64,000 nt of DNA from Candidatus Sericytochromatia bacterium (lineage in GTDB: Bacteria > Cyanobacteriota > Sericytochromatia > S15B-MN24 > UBA4093), in assembly GCA_036676985.1 (NCBI GenBank), contig JAKFBU010000019.1, positions 21,798 through 85,797 on the forward strand. Direction: 5' to 3'. Below the pieces are notes generated by a model. The model saw only the letters and a program-made list of their open reading frames with translations. It was not told the origin of the DNA and ran no database searches. Positions 48,943-59,305 of this stretch are shown here, in pieces. The position numbers and the translations under genes are program-made. Numbering within the stretch: position 1 is the stretch's first letter; the number at the start of each line of letters is the position of its first letter.

Positions 48943-49880
48943 CGGGCGAGCGCTTCTGCCACGACGCCCTCGATGGTGGCGAGATCCTCGGGCAGCTGAA
49001 AGGTCGCGGCGTTCACCGTGCGGTAGCGGAAGTGGCGGTACTGCATGCTGAAGTGGTCCCAGGTGTTCATGCGGCTCACAAACAGCTTGCCGATGACGCC
49101 CAGGGCCGGCGTCAGGTCGAAGCGGCCGCCCCGGGGCATGCCGTAGGCCCGGCACAGGCCGTCGATCAGCTCGTCGATGCTCATGGCCGGGTTGCCGAGG
49201 ACCAGGTGATCCTCGGGGACCTCGTTGGCGAGGGCATGCTTGACGATCCGCGCGATGTCCCGGGCGTGGATGAAGTGCAGGGTCCCGTCCAGCGACAGGA
49301 AGCGCACGAGCCTGAGCCACCTGGGCAGGTCGCCGAGGCCCGACGAAAGGTGGGAGGTGGGGTGGCGATCGCTCCCTCCGAAGATGAGCGTCGGGTAGAC
49401 CGTGAGGATCCGATCCCGCAGGGGGTGGTCGTCCAGGGTGACCCGGCACAGGTACTTGCTGCGGATGTAGTCCGTGCCGTGCTCGTCGGCGGCCTTCAGC
49501 GGCCGGTTCTCGGAGTCGAGGATGCTCGCCGTCGAGAAGTTGACGATCCGCTTGACCCGCTTGGGATCGGCGAGCTCGAACATGCGGTGCGCGAGGCGGT
49601 AGTTGACCTCGTAGCTGATGGGCTCGCCCCAGGCGGCCGCCACGTGGATCAGGTGATCCATCTGGGCCAAGAGAGGCGCGTGGCGCTCGATGTCGAGGAA
49701 GTCCCCGCCCACGATGCTCACGTTGGGGCGCTTGTAGTCGAAGCGCAGCCGACTGGTGTCGCGCACCAGCAGGTGGAGGTGGTAGCGCGGGTCGGCGGCG
49801 AGCTCGTCGAAGAGGTAGTGGCCGACGCAGCCGCTGATGCCCGTGATGAAGACGTGTTCTACCCCCCCATCCCCGGGCAT
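48939..49880 (-). CDS. NAD-dependent epimerase/dehydratase family protein
   Basis: VFITGISGCVGHY, FSTASIL, YIRSK (YxxxK), FIHARDIA. Confidence 0.85.
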   Translation of the reverse strand: MPGDGGVEHVFITGISGCVGHYLFDELAADPRYHLHLLVRDTSRLRFDYKRPNVSIVGGDFLDIERHAPLLAQMDHLIHVAAAWGEPISYEVNYRLAHRMFELADPKRVKRIVNFSTASILDSENRPLKAADEHGTDYIRSKYLCRVTLDDHPLRDRILTVYPTLIFGGSDRHPTSHLSSGLGDLPRWLRLVRFLSLDGTLHFIHARDIARIVKHALANEVPEDHLVLGNPAMSIDELIDGLCRAYGMPRGGRFDLTPALGVIGKLFVSRMNTWDHFSMQYRHFRYRTVNAATFQLPEDLATIEGVVAEALAR

Positions 49881-49890
49881 GTGGTTGTCG

Positions 49891-51063
49891 CTAGCCATGG
49901 GAGGCGAGTTCGGGAGCGCCGATCCGGGCGAGGATGCGGTCCGCCGCACGGCCGACGGCTCCGGGCGCGCCCAGCTTGGCGCGCACCACCGCGAGGCGGC
50001 TGGTCATGGCGGCCCGAGCACGCGGCTCCTGCAAGAGGGTGAGGACCTCCTGGGCCATGCGCGCGCCGTTGGCGTCACCCTGCAGAAGCTCGGGGACGAT
50101 GGGCTCGTCCGCCACGATGTTCGGCAGCGTCACGTAGGGCTCCTTGAGGAGCCTGCGGGCGATGAAGGCCGCGAGCCGACCGACCTTGTAGCAGGCCACC
50201 ACCGGTGTGCCCACCACCGCGGCCTCGAGGATGACGGTCCCGGAGGCCCCGAGCACCACGTCCGAGAGCTGCATGAGGGCCATGCCGGGCACGTCCGCGA
50301 CGAGCCGCACGTCCAGGCCCGGACGCTCGGCCCGGACCTTGGCCACCAGCTCCTGGAGCGCAGGGGTCGCCACCGGCAAGAGGAACTGGGCCGTGGGGGC
50401 CTGCGCGAGGATGCGCTCGCAGGCCTCGAGCATCGGAGGCAGGAGGCGCTCGATCTCCATGCGCCGGCTGCCCGGGAACAGGGAGACGATGGGCTCGCCC
50501 ACGTCCACGCCGAGCCGCTGGGCCAGCTGGCCGCGCTCGGTGGAGGGGGGGACCATGTCCAGCAAGGGGTGCCCGATGAACTCCACCTCGCCGCCCACCT
50601 GCTGGTAGACCTCGGCCTCCTTCTCGAAGACCGCGAGGATGAGGTCGGAGGCTTCGACGACCTTCTTGGGGCCGCCCTTGAAGCCCCAGATCCATTCCTG
50701 GGGCGAGATGTAGTAGAAGGTGGGGATGCCCTGGGCCTTGGCGAACCGCGCGAGCTGCATGTTCATGCCCTGGTAGTCGATGAGGACGACCCCGTCCGGG
50801 CGCTCGGCGAGGATCCGGGCCTTGGCGTCGGCGAGGGCCTTGGCGATGGGCTTCACGCCGGGCAGGTGCTCCAAGAGGCCGACCGCGCTGTAGCGGGTCA
50901 CGTCGCCCGTGAGCTCGACGCCCGCGGCCTCCATGCGCAACGAGCCCAGGCCCACGAGGCGCACGTCGGGGCGGCGCTCGCGCAGGGCGGCTGCCAGGCG
51001 CGCGCCGTGCAGGTCGCCCGATACTTCACCGGCCGAGAGGAAGAGGGTCGGAGCCTTGGGCAT
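49891..51063 (-). CDS. lpxB: Lipid-A-disaccharide synthase
   Basis: SAGEVSGDLHG, IDY..N, YYISPQEW, FIGHPL, PGSRRMEI, ASGT..LE, LPNI, PELLQ. Confidence 0.95.
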   Translation of the reverse strand: MPKAPTLFLSAGEVSGDLHGARLAAALRERRPDVRLVGLGSLRMEAAGVELTGDVTRYSAVGLLEHLPGVKPIAKALADAKARILAERPDGVVLIDYQGMNMQLARFAKAQGIPTFYYISPQEWIWGFKGGPKKVVEASDLILAVFEKEAEVYQQVGGEVEFIGHPLLDMVPPSTERGQLAQRLGVDVGEPIVSLFPGSRRMEIERLLPPMLEACERILAQAPTAQFLLPVATPALQELVAKVRAERPGLDVRLVADVPGMALMQLSDVVLGASGTVILEAAVVGTPVVACYKVGRLAAFIARRLLKEPYVTLPNIVADEPIVPELLQGDANGARMAQEVLTLLQEPRARAAMTSRLAVVRAKLGAPGAVGRAADRILARIGAPELASHG

Positions 51064-51065
51064 CG

Positions 51066-51860
51066 CTACGCGTTGGCCTCGCGATCGCCCTTGCCCACCA
51101 GGCCCCGCTCGGAGCCGCGGATGAAGCCGAGGAGGTGCCGCAGGTGCTCGGACTCGCCGAGCTCCGCGATCTGCTCGAGGGCCTGCGAGATGTTGAGGTC
51201 CGAGCGGTACAGGAGCTTGTAGGCCCGCTTGAGGAGGGTGCGCGTCTCCTGGTCGAGGCCGCGGCGCTTGAGGCCGAGGACGTTGGGACCGAAGACCTTG
51301 GGCGGGTTGCCCTCCGTGAGCATGTACGGGGGCACGTCCTGCACCACGCGGGCCATGGCCCCCACCATGGCCATGGTACCGATGCGCGTGAACTGGTGCA
51401 CGCCCGTCAGCCCACCGATGGTGACGAAGTCCTCGATCTCCACGTGGCCCGCGAGCGTCGCCGCGTTGGCCAGCACCACGTGGTTGCCCACGATGCAGTT
51501 GTGGGCGATGTGGACGTAGGCCATGAACAGGTTGTCGTCGCCCACCCGGGTCACCTCGCCGAGGCCCGTGGCCCGGTTGATGGTGACGCACTCGCGGATG
51601 ACGTTGCGATCGCCGATGACGGTGTAGGACTGCTCGCCGCCGAACTTGAGGTCCTGGGGCACGGCCCCGATGACGGCCCCGCTGAAGATCTGGCAGTCGG
51701 AGCCGATCGTCGTGTAGGGCTCGATCACCGCGTGCGGGCCGAGCGTGGTCCCCGAGCCGATGGAGCAGTGCTCCCCGATGACGGCGTAGGGGCCGATCTT
51801 GACCCCGTCGTCGAGCTTGGCGCTCGGATGGATGACAGCTGTCGGATGAATGTCGATCAC
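51066..51860 (-). CDS. lpxA: UDP-N-acetylglucosamine acyltransferase
   Basis: IHPTAVIHP, PQDLKF, IRECVTINRAT, MAYVHIAHNC, VHQF, QDVPPY. Confidence 0.96.
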   Translation of the reverse strand: MIDIHPTAVIHPSAKLDDGVKIGPYAVIGEHCSIGSGTTLGPHAVIEPYTTIGSDCQIFSGAVIGAVPQDLKFGGEQSYTVIGDRNVIRECVTINRATGLGEVTRVGDDNLFMAYVHIAHNCIVGNHVVLANAATLAGHVEIEDFVTIGGLTGVHQFTRIGTMAMVGAMARVVQDVPPYMLTEGNPPKVFGPNVLGLKRRGLDQETRTLLKRAYKLLYRSDLNISQALEQIAELGESEHLRHLLGFIRGSERGLVGKGDREANA

Positions 51861-51864
51861 GGTC

Positions 51865-52329
51865 CTAGTCAACCAGCGCAAACATGAGCTCGCCTTCGGT
51901 GACGAGCGAGTCTCCCACCCGGGCCTCCGCCTTGATGCGGCAGATGGCCCCCTTGATCTTGATGACCTCCGCGGTCATGACCAGCTGGTCGCCCGGCTGG
52001 ACCTGGCGGCGGAAGCGCACGCCGTCGATGCCCGCGAACAGGGCGAGCTTGCCGTGGTACTGCTCGAGCTGCAACAGCACGATGCCCGCCACCTGGGCGA
52101 GGGCCTCGACGATGAGCACGCCCGGCATGAGCGGCCGCTCGGGGAAGTGGCCCGTGAACTGCGGCTCGTTGACGCTCACGTTCTTGATGGCCACCGCCCG
52201 CTCGCCCGGCACGACCTCGAGCACCCGGTCCACCAGGAGGAACGGGTAGCGGTGCGGCAGGATGGCGAGGATGTCCTGGATGTCGAGAGTCTTGGTCACG
52301 TTGGGGGCCTCAGCTAGCGTGGACGGCAT
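51865..52329 (-). CDS. fabZ: 3-hydroxyacyl-ACP dehydratase
   Basis: [34 protein letters not shown]. Confidence 0.97.
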   Translation of the reverse strand: MPSTLAEAPNVTKTLDIQDILAILPHRYPFLLVDRVLEVVPGERAVAIKNVSVNEPQFTGHFPERPLMPGVLIVEALAQVAGIVLLQLEQYHGKLALFAGIDGVRFRRQVQPGDQLVMTAEVIKIKGAICRIKAEARVGDSLVTEGELMFALVD

Positions 52330-53197
52330 GCGACGTAATCTCCGGTTTCAGGCCGGTGCGGACGCGCCGGCGAAGTTCGAGGGCGAGGGCCACGTGCAAC
52401 GGGTGGCCGGCCTTGGCCGCCACGATCGAACCGACCCACTCGAAGCCCGTCAGGGCGAGGTCGCCGACCAGGTCGAGCACCTTGTGGCGCACGCACTCGT
52501 TGTCGAAGCGAAGGGGAGTCAGAGGGCCCTCGTCGGCGATCACCACCGCGTTGTCGAGGGTGCCGCCCTTGACCAGACCCGCCGCCCGCATGGCCTCGAC
52601 CTCCGAGTAGAGGCAGAAGGTCCGGGCAGCCGCGATCTCGTTGATGAAGCAGCGCTCGTCGAGGGTGCCCTCGAAGAGCTGCGGGCCGGCATGGGGGTGG
52701 CGGTAGTCGACCACGCAGGTGACCTCGGGACCGCTGCCCGTGCCGGGCTGGTAGATGACGGAGCGATCGCCCCGCTGGACCTCGATCTTGTCGTCCAGAG
52801 CGATGATGCGGCGCATGGCGCGCTGCTCGACGCGGCCGGCCGCGAGGAAGCCGTCCACGTAGGGCAGGGAGCTGCCGTCCATGACGGGCAACTCGGCGGC
52901 GTCGACCTCCACCACGGCGTTGCAGATGCCCATGGCCCACAGGGCGGCCATCAGGTGCTCGATGGTCCCGACCTTCACGTCGCCGATGCCGAGCGTCGTG
53001 GACAGGGTGGTCTCGACGACGTACTCGGCCAAGGCCGGGATGAGCGGGGAGCCGGGACGGTCCGTGCGCTGGAAGTGGATGCCCGCGTTGTCGGGGGCCG
53101 GGCGGACGGTCATGCGCACCTTGGTACCGGAGTGCAGGCCCACGCCCTCGAACTTGACGGGGCAGGCAAGCGTCCATTGGCGGCGGCGGTCTAGCAT
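52310..53197 (-). CDS. lpxC: UDP-3-O-acyl-N-acetylglucosamine deacetylase
   Basis: [41 protein letters not shown]. Confidence 0.96.
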   Translation of the reverse strand: MLDRRRQWTLACPVKFEGVGLHSGTKVRMTVRPAPDNAGIHFQRTDRPGSPLIPALAEYVVETTLSTTLGIGDVKVGTIEHLMAALWAMGICNAVVEVDAAELPVMDGSSLPYVDGFLAAGRVEQRAMRRIIALDDKIEVQRGDRSVIYQPGTGSGPEVTCVVDYRHPHAGPQLFEGTLDERCFINEIAAARTFCLYSEVEAMRAAGLVKGGTLDNAVVIADEGPLTPLRFDNECVRHKVLDLVGDLALTGFEWVGSIVAAKAGHPLHVALALELRRRVRTGLKPEITSHAVHAS

Positions 53198-53224
53198 GGC
53201 TCTCCTACGGCTCGGTCCAGGTCG

Positions 53225-53686
53225 TTACGGGGCGAGGGTCGCGAGGAACTCCCCCAGGCCGCCCGTGCCCGAGAAGGGAAGCTCGAGAGTGACTTCGGCC
53301 GAGCCGTCCGCCAGCTCCTGGCCCGAGACCTTCGCCTTGGCGATGAGGGCCCTCAGGCGGTCCTTGGAGGCGGGCTTGTTGGCGAGGCGATCGCGCACCA
53401 CCTGCTTGGTGCCGGGCACCGAGAGGTCGAGGATGGAGGACAGGAGGCGACGCTGGGCGAGGCCCATGGCGTTCTGGCGGGCGATCTCGCGCGCCGAGGT
53501 GCGATCCGCGGTCCCGAAGGGCGGCAGGCCGATGGCCGAGACGCGGAGGTAGCCTCCGTCGCCGAGCCTCAGCTCGCCGTAGGGGATGGACTGGATCGTG
53601 GGCTTCTGCTGGGCGACGGCGGGGAGAATGACGAGGCAGAGCACCAGCGTGGCGCCAAGCAGCACGTTTCGGAGCTTGTGGCTCAT
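53225..53686 (-). CDS. Hypothetical secreted protein inside the lpx operon
   Basis: Signal peptide (AVA-Q), SD AGAGGAGG; motif AREIARQNAMGLAQRRL. Confidence 0.7.
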   Translation of the reverse strand: MSHKLRNVLLGATLVLCLVILPAVAQQKPTIQSIPYGELRLGDGGYLRVSAIGLPPFGTADRTSAREIARQNAMGLAQRRLLSSILDLSVPGTKQVVRDRLANKPASKDRLRALIAKAKVSGQELADGSAEVTLELPFSGTGGLGEFLATLAP

Positions 53687-53696
53687 GCGCCCTCCT

Positions 53697-54725
53697 CTAG
53701 TCCCCCTTGAGCGCGGCCACCTCGGCCCGCAGCGCCTTGACCTGCGCTGCGAGGTCGGCCACCGTCTCGAGCGACGCCTGGCGGCGCAGCTCTTCGCGAT
53801 GGGGTCGCGCCGGGAATCCCGAGTACATCGCCGCGCCCGGAAGGCTCTTGGTGACGCCGCTCTTGGCCGCGACCACCGCGTCCGACCCGATGGTCAGGTG
53901 TCCGGCGATGCCGACCTGCCCCGCGAGCGTGACCCGATCCCCGATCGAGGTGGAGCCCGAGATGCCTACCTGCGACACCAGGAGCCCATTTTCCCCAATG
54001 TGGACATTATGGCCGACGTGCACTAGGTTGTCAATTTTGGTTCCTCGCCCGATGACCGTCTCGCCTATCGTCGCGCGATCGATCGTGACGTTGGCGCCGA
54101 TCTCCACGTCGTCCTGGACGACCACCGTCCCGATCTGCGGCATCTTGCGGTGCGTCTTGTCCGGCAGGGTGACAAAGCCGTAGCCGTCCGAGCCGATGAC
54201 GGCCCCCGGCTGGACGACGACGCGGTCTCCGAGGCGGCAGGCCTCGCGGACGACGACGTGGGGGTAGAGGACGCAGTCCGCCCCCACCCGGGCTCCGGGG
54301 CCCACCACCACGCCGGGGTGCAGGACGGTGCGATCGCCCACCACCGCCCCCGCCATCACCACGGCGTTGGCCCCCACGCTGACGCCCGCGCCGAGGCGGG
54401 CGGCGGGGTCCACCGAGGCATCCGGGTGCAGGCCGGGACCGGGCTGGGCGGGCGCGAAGAGCTCGAGGACCTGGGCCATGGCGACCCGTGGGGCGCCCAC
54501 GACCACCGTGGCCTTGCCGGGCACGGGGGCCTTGGCCACCACCGCCCCGGCCGCACTCGCGGCGGCCGCCGCCCGGTACTTCTCCTCGACCAGGAAGATC
54601 AGGTCGCGGGGTCCGGCCGTGTCAGGATTGGCGACGCCCGTGACGGAGAGCGCCCCCTCCCCCGCGACCGTTCCGCCCAGCCTCTCGGCCAGCTCCTGCA
54701 GCGAGAACCCCACGATGTCGACCAT
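53697..54725 (-). CDS. lpxD: UDP-3-O-(3-hydroxymyristoyl)glucosamine N-acyltransferase
   Basis: Hexapeptide repeats; [34 protein letters not shown]. Confidence 0.96.
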   Translation of the reverse strand: MVDIVGFSLQELAERLGGTVAGEGALSVTGVANPDTAGPRDLIFLVEEKYRAAAAASAAGAVVAKAPVPGKATVVVGAPRVAMAQVLELFAPAQPGPGLHPDASVDPAARLGAGVSVGANAVVMAGAVVGDRTVLHPGVVVGPGARVGADCVLYPHVVVREACRLGDRVVVQPGAVIGSDGYGFVTLPDKTHRKMPQIGTVVVQDDVEIGANVTIDRATIGETVIGRGTKIDNLVHVGHNVHIGENGLLVSQVGISGSTSIGDRVTLAGQVGIAGHLTIGSDAVVAAKSGVTKSLPGAAMYSGFPARPHREELRRQASLETVADLAAQVKALRAEVAALKGD

Positions 54726-54727
54726 CC

Positions 54728-55204
54728 TTACTTGTTCAACCGGTTGAGCACGTCGTTGGTGAGGTCGACGCCGCCGTACAGGATCACCTGCTTGTCCACC
54801 ACCGTCGGGATGTTCTTGGACTTGGCGACCTGACCGATCACCGACTCGATCTGTTTCTTGATCTTCCCAGAAAGCTCCCGATCCAATGCCTCGACCCGGG
54901 ACTTCTTGGGCTTCAGCTGGTCCTCGTACTGCTTCTGCATCTTGTTGATCTCGGCCTCGCTCTTGCCGGCCTTGCGGGCCTCCTCGAGCTTCTTCTGGGC
55001 CTCGGCGAGGTCCTCCTGGTAGGCCTGGGCTTCCTTGCGGAAGCGGTTCTGGGCCGTCTGGGCGTCCTTGTAGCCCTGGAAGACCTTCTGGGTGTCGACG
55101 TAGCCGATGGAGCCGGCACCCTGCGCCTGGGCCGCCGTCGGGCCCGCCACGACCGCCGCGGCGAGCATCATGCCGCCCAGCAAGCCAAACATGCGCTTTT
55201 TCAC
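54728..55204 (-). CDS. skp: OmpH/Skp periplasmic chaperone
   Basis: Signal peptide, [10 protein letters not shown], coiled coil, [14 protein letters not shown]; SD AAGGAG. Confidence 0.88.
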   Translation of the reverse strand: MKKRMFGLLGGMMLAAAVVAGPTAAQAQGAGSIGYVDTQKVFQGYKDAQTAQNRFRKEAQAYQEDLAEAQKKLEEARKAGKSEAEINKMQKQYEDQLKPKKSRVEALDRELSGKIKKQIESVIGQVAKSKNIPTVVDKQVILYGGVDLTNDVLNRLNK

Positions 55205-55224
55205 GTTTCTCTCCTTACTAATCT

Positions 55225-55280
55225 CGTTCGTCTCGAGCCTGGTCGAAAGCCTGTCCTGAGCTTGTCGAAGGGACGAACGG
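55225..55280. repeat. Composite REP-like element between bamA and skp
   Basis: 55250-55280 is identical to 21765-21795; 55225-55249 resembles 21516-21540. Confidence 0.8.
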
Positions 55281-55287
55281 TTCCTCT

Positions 55288-57234
55288 TTAGAACTTCTGA
55301 CCAATCGAGAAGTGGATCTCGCCCGGCTCGCCCCAGCGATGCAGACCGTAGTCCAGGCGCAGGGGGCCGAGGGGAGTGTTGACCCGGATGCCGAGACCGT
55401 AGCCCGAGCGTGCGCGCTCCCAACCGAAGTTGTTGCTGAACTGGTCCCAGAAGATGCCGGTGTCGCCGAACACCACGCCCGACAGGATATTGACGATGGG
55501 GAAGCGATATTCGATCGATCCCAGGGTGAACGAGTCGCCGCTGAACGTCTGCCCCAGGGGGCCCAGGGTGTTCAGGTAGCCGCGGTCCGCCGTTTCGCGC
55601 CAGCCGCGAATCAGGTAGGCACCCGTCGAGTAGAAGCGCTCGTAGGCAGGCACGCTGCCGCCGAAGGGCGTCTGGAGGGTGCCCAGCTTCCAGCCCACCG
55701 CGAGGGTGTGGCCGAACCAGAGCGGGGTGTAGCGGTTCACGTCGAGCTGCAGACGGGTCATGCGCACGCTGCTGAGGCCCGGCACGTACTGATCCAGCGA
55801 GTAGGTGTTGAACCAGCCCGTGTTGGGGTTGAGCGTGTAGTCCCGGCTGTCGAAGGTGACGGTGTAGCCGAGGGTGGTGTTGAGGTCCGTCATGGACTGG
55901 TTGGCCGGCAACGGCTGACCCGTGACGGTGTCGAGCGGCTGGGTCCAGTTGTTGAGCTCGCCCATCAGCCCCACTCCCTCGACCCGGATGCGGGCCGCCT
56001 GGCGCCACTGGGCCGTGACCGGGTCCTGGCCGAACATGGGTCGACCGAAGGACAGGGCCGCACCGCGCCGCTGCTCGAGGAACCCTCCGTAATAGTTGAA
56101 GTAGTTCCGCCAGTAGAGGCTAGTGCCGAACGAGGTGTGTTGCTCGTCGATCCAGGGGTTGAAGTAGTTCAGTTCGGCGGCGAAGTTGCGCGAGACCGTG
56201 AGGTCGGCGCTCACCGACTGGCTGCGACCGAACAGGTTGTCTTTGCGCAGGCTGAGGATGCCCAGCGGGCCGTCCCGGTTGCTCCAACCGGCCGAGAGCT
56301 GGAAGGTGCCCGTCTGCTTCTCCTTGACGGAGACGACGACGTTGACCTTGGCCGGGTCGTTGGGGACCGGCTCGTACTTGATGCCGATGTCCTCGAAGTA
56401 GTTGAGGTTGTAGACCCGGCGCAGGTCCTCCTGCATCTGGTTGAAGTTGTAGATCTGGCCCGGCTTGAGGGTGATCTCGCGCCGGATGACGTAGTCCTGG
56501 GTCTCTTCGTTGCCCTGGACCTTGATCTCGTTGACGATGCCCTCGGCCACCTTGATGAGCAAGGTGCCCGTCGGCTGGACCTGCAGGTCGATGACGCGGG
56601 CGAGCACGTAGCCCTTGTCCGCGTAGCGCTTCTCCATGTCCTTGATGGCGGCCTGGACGTCCTTGAGGTTGATGATCTTGCCCTGCATGGGCACGAAGGG
56701 CTGCTTGAGCTCCTCCGCGGGGAAGACCGTCACGCCCTCGATCTGGACCTCCTTGAGGACCGGGTTCTCGACCACGTTGAAGATGAGGCGTTCACCGCCC
56801 GGGACGGGCTCGGTGGCGGCACGCACGTCCAGGAAGAAGCCCAGGCCGTAGATGCGCTGGAGGCTCTCCATGACCTGGGCGCGCGTCACGTCCTGACCCG
56901 CGTGGATGGGGATGGTGAGCAGGATCGTCTCCTCGGAGACGGTCCGGTTGCCGCGCACCTCGATGTCGGCGATCCGGATCTTGGGGCCCTCGTCCACCGG
57001 CGGCGCGACCGATCCCGTCGCCGGGGCGCTGGGGGTCGCGCTCGGCGTGGCGGCCGGAGCAGCCGGATTGGGGGCGGCGGGCTTGGGGGCGGGCTTGGTC
57101 TGGGCGGGCGGCGTCGGCTGCGGCTTCGCCTGGGCGAAGGCGGGCAACGGGCGCCCGAAGGTGGCGACGAGGGCGAGCGCGACGAGCGCCCAGCGCCAGG
57201 CAGGCCGTCTCGCGGAGATCGAATCGTGGAACAA
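55288..57234 (-). CDS. bamA: BamA/Omp85 outer-membrane assembly factor (Pro-rich linker, 3 POTRA domains)
   Basis: Signal peptide; POTRA starts IEVRGN, VQIEGV, IKVQGN; IRGW (VRGY-like); PLGPLRLDYG; ends FSIGQKF. Confidence 0.92.
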   Translation of the reverse strand: MFHDSISARRPAWRWALVALALVATFGRPLPAFAQAKPQPTPPAQTKPAPKPAAPNPAAPAATPSATPSAPATGSVAPPVDEGPKIRIADIEVRGNRTVSEETILLTIPIHAGQDVTRAQVMESLQRIYGLGFFLDVRAATEPVPGGERLIFNVVENPVLKEVQIEGVTVFPAEELKQPFVPMQGKIINLKDVQAAIKDMEKRYADKGYVLARVIDLQVQPTGTLLIKVAEGIVNEIKVQGNEETQDYVIRREITLKPGQIYNFNQMQEDLRRVYNLNYFEDIGIKYEPVPNDPAKVNVVVSVKEKQTGTFQLSAGWSNRDGPLGILSLRKDNLFGRSQSVSADLTVSRNFAAELNYFNPWIDEQHTSFGTSLYWRNYFNYYGGFLEQRRGAALSFGRPMFGQDPVTAQWRQAARIRVEGVGLMGELNNWTQPLDTVTGQPLPANQSMTDLNTTLGYTVTFDSRDYTLNPNTGWFNTYSLDQYVPGLSSVRMTRLQLDVNRYTPLWFGHTLAVGWKLGTLQTPFGGSVPAYERFYSTGAYLIRGWRETADRGYLNTLGPLGQTFSGDSFTLGSIEYRFPIVNILSGVVFGDTGIFWDQFSNNFGWERARSGYGLGIRVNTPLGPLRLDYGLHRWGEPGEIHFSIGQKF

Positions 57235-57383
57235 TGCGGTGCCTCTCTCTCGGGGTCCGGTCCCGGCTGGCCGGATCGACGCACAATTATAGGCGCTGCT
57301 CGGTTGAAAGGCAATTTGAGCAGGCCCCGATAGCGAGACGAGACGCCGCTTCCGATTGTTCCCTCGACCATGAGCCGTAGGCG

Positions 57384-58025
57384 CTACTCGATGCCGAGCG
57401 CGGCGACGAGCCCCTGGCCCCGGCGCACGGCCCCGGATCGGCGCTGGCTCATGTGAACCAGATAGGCCACGAACGTCACGATGCCAAACGCCGCCAGCAG
57501 GAGGTGGCCCGACTGGCCCAGCTCGGTCGAGAGCGTCGCGGCCGAGAGGGTGCCCGTCTTCCAGAAGTAGGCGAGCAGGAAGGCCATGAGGCCGTGCTCG
57601 ACGATCATGAACTGCCGGCCGAAGCGATCCTCTTCGTAGAACGAGATGGGGCTCTCGAACTTCCAGGGCAGGATGGGCCAGAAGTGAGGATGACAGCCCT
57701 TGCCGTGGGTGACCAGGTCGATGGCGAGGTGGCTGAACCAGCCCAGGCAGAACATGAGCATGGGCGGATAGACGAGGGCGGCAAAGAGGGCCACCACGGC
57801 GAGCACCGGGAAGGAGTGGATGGCGTCCACCGCCGCCTTGAGGGCGGGGATCTGGTAGACCGCGGTCTGGGCCTGCCGGTAGGAGAGGCCGCGGCGCGCC
57901 GCGATGTAGGGGACAGCCAGGTAGTAGAGCGCGTCGGGGAAGGCGGAACCCGCCACGGCGAGCCCGACCCCGTCCATCTGGTGCAGGGCCGCATAGGTGA
58001 AGAAAGCGTGGGAATGCGTGTTCAC
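57384..58025 (-). CDS. Membrane-bound metal-dependent hydrolase-like protein (YdjM-like)
   Basis: N-terminal THSH, FPD, IHSF, SHLAIDLVTH; several TM helices; SD GGAGG. Confidence 0.6.
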   Translation of the reverse strand: MNTHSHAFFTYAALHQMDGVGLAVAGSAFPDALYYLAVPYIAARRGLSYRQAQTAVYQIPALKAAVDAIHSFPVLAVVALFAALVYPPMLMFCLGWFSHLAIDLVTHGKGCHPHFWPILPWKFESPISFYEEDRFGRQFMIVEHGLMAFLLAYFWKTGTLSAATLSTELGQSGHLLLAAFGIVTFVAYLVHMSQRRSGAVRRGQGLVAALGIE

Positions 58026-58188
58026 TAACTCCTCCGTGGGGGCGAACGCCGTGTCGTCTCCGTCGCTCGATCATGCCAGGCCGGGTCGGCCAGCGCACCG
58101 AAGCAGCGAGGGATTTGGGCACTACGTTTGGTGAAGTCGGCAAGCATGGCCAATGAAATGGGTTGGCCGCTCTGCTAGCGTGAGGGAG

Positions 58189-59304
58189 ATGGAACAGCCG
58201 CTGCGCATCGCCTCCGGGCGCATCTACCTCTACCACCTGTTCACGATCGCGGACCTGGTGGACCTCGCGCGCCTCCGGCAGGAGCTGGGCGGGGAGACCT
58301 CCGTGTCGCGCTTCACGTCGCGCCGGCCGAGCCCGGAGTACATCCAGTTCCGCAACCCGCCCGTCACCTTCCCGCTCGGGACCCGCCCCCTGCACCCGAC
58401 CCCCGACCGCACCGTCGAGGCCAAGGTCGGGGCCAAGGTCTTCGACTTCGGCGTGCTCGCCCTGCGCTGGGAGCTTCCCTTCCCCGCGACCTGGCCCGAG
58501 GCGGTGGCGGAGGCCCGCCACTACATCGACAACGAGGCCTTCGAGCTCATGAGCCGCCAGCTGCTCGAGGAGCTGCGGCCCCGCCTCAAGCCCGCCCTGA
58601 CGAATCCGCCCCGGGAGGTCCTCTTCGAGGACTACACCATCTTCTTCGTCGAGGCGTTCGCCGCGCCCCTCTCGGCGCAGGAGCTGCTGGATCGAGAGGC
58701 CGCGAGCCTCGCCCAGCTCATGCGGGGCGAGACCAAGCCCCTGTCGCGCTCGGAGCAGCAGGAGGCCCTAAGGACCCGGGTGAGCTACTTCGAGGACGAC
58801 CTGGCCGTCATGGACTGGAACACGGCCTTCATCTACGACCGCGAGGGCGGCACCGAGCACATGGACACCCTGGAGTTCGCGAACGCCGAGCTGCTGGAGC
58901 TGCGGTTCTACGATCGACTGCTGGACGAGCAGCTCGACACCATCTACCAGGACATCGAGCGGGGTCAGGCCCTGCCCGCCTGGCGCAGCTGGCTCAAGAA
59001 CGACCCGGTGCGGACGCTGCAGCGGCTCATGGCGCTCACGGTGGACATCATCGAGCTCACCGAGCAGATCGAGAACTCGCTCAAGTTCGTGGGCGACCTC
59101 TACTCGGCGCGCGTGTACCGGGCGATCGCCGAGCGCCTGCGCCTCCAGGAGTGGGAGTCGAGCATCGACGGCAAGATCCGCATCGCGCAGCAGATCTACG
59201 AGATGCTCGCGGACGAGGTCAACCACCGCCGGGCGGTGGCCCTCGAGGTCATCATCATCCTCTTGATCGCCTTCGAGATCGTCTGGGCCCTGACCGGGCA
59301 CTAG
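58189..59304 (+). CDS. Hypothetical protein, RMD1/DUF155-like, with C-terminal TM helix
   Basis: VFDFGV, LEFANAELLELRFYD, LEVIIILLIAFEI; start uncertain. Confidence 0.65.
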   Translation: MEQPLRIASGRIYLYHLFTIADLVDLARLRQELGGETSVSRFTSRRPSPEYIQFRNPPVTFPLGTRPLHPTPDRTVEAKVGAKVFDFGVLALRWELPFPATWPEAVAEARHYIDNEAFELMSRQLLEELRPRLKPALTNPPREVLFEDYTIFFVEAFAAPLSAQELLDREAASLAQLMRGETKPLSRSEQQEALRTRVSYFEDDLAVMDWNTAFIYDREGGTEHMDTLEFANAELLELRFYDRLLDEQLDTIYQDIERGQALPAWRSWLKNDPVRTLQRLMALTVDIIELTEQIENSLKFVGDLYSARVYRAIAERLRLQEWESSIDGKIRIAQQIYEMLADEVNHRRAVALEVIIILLIAFEIVWALTGH

Positions 59305-59305
59305 C

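Noticed and set aside
55288-58521. ORF-track N-terminal extensions (1077-aa BamA, 697-aa FlhA-like, 381-aa MglA, 484-aa carboxypeptidase) as fusions
   Set aside because: The extensions overlap other real genes in different frames; plausible internal starts, most with an SD, explain the true proteins.
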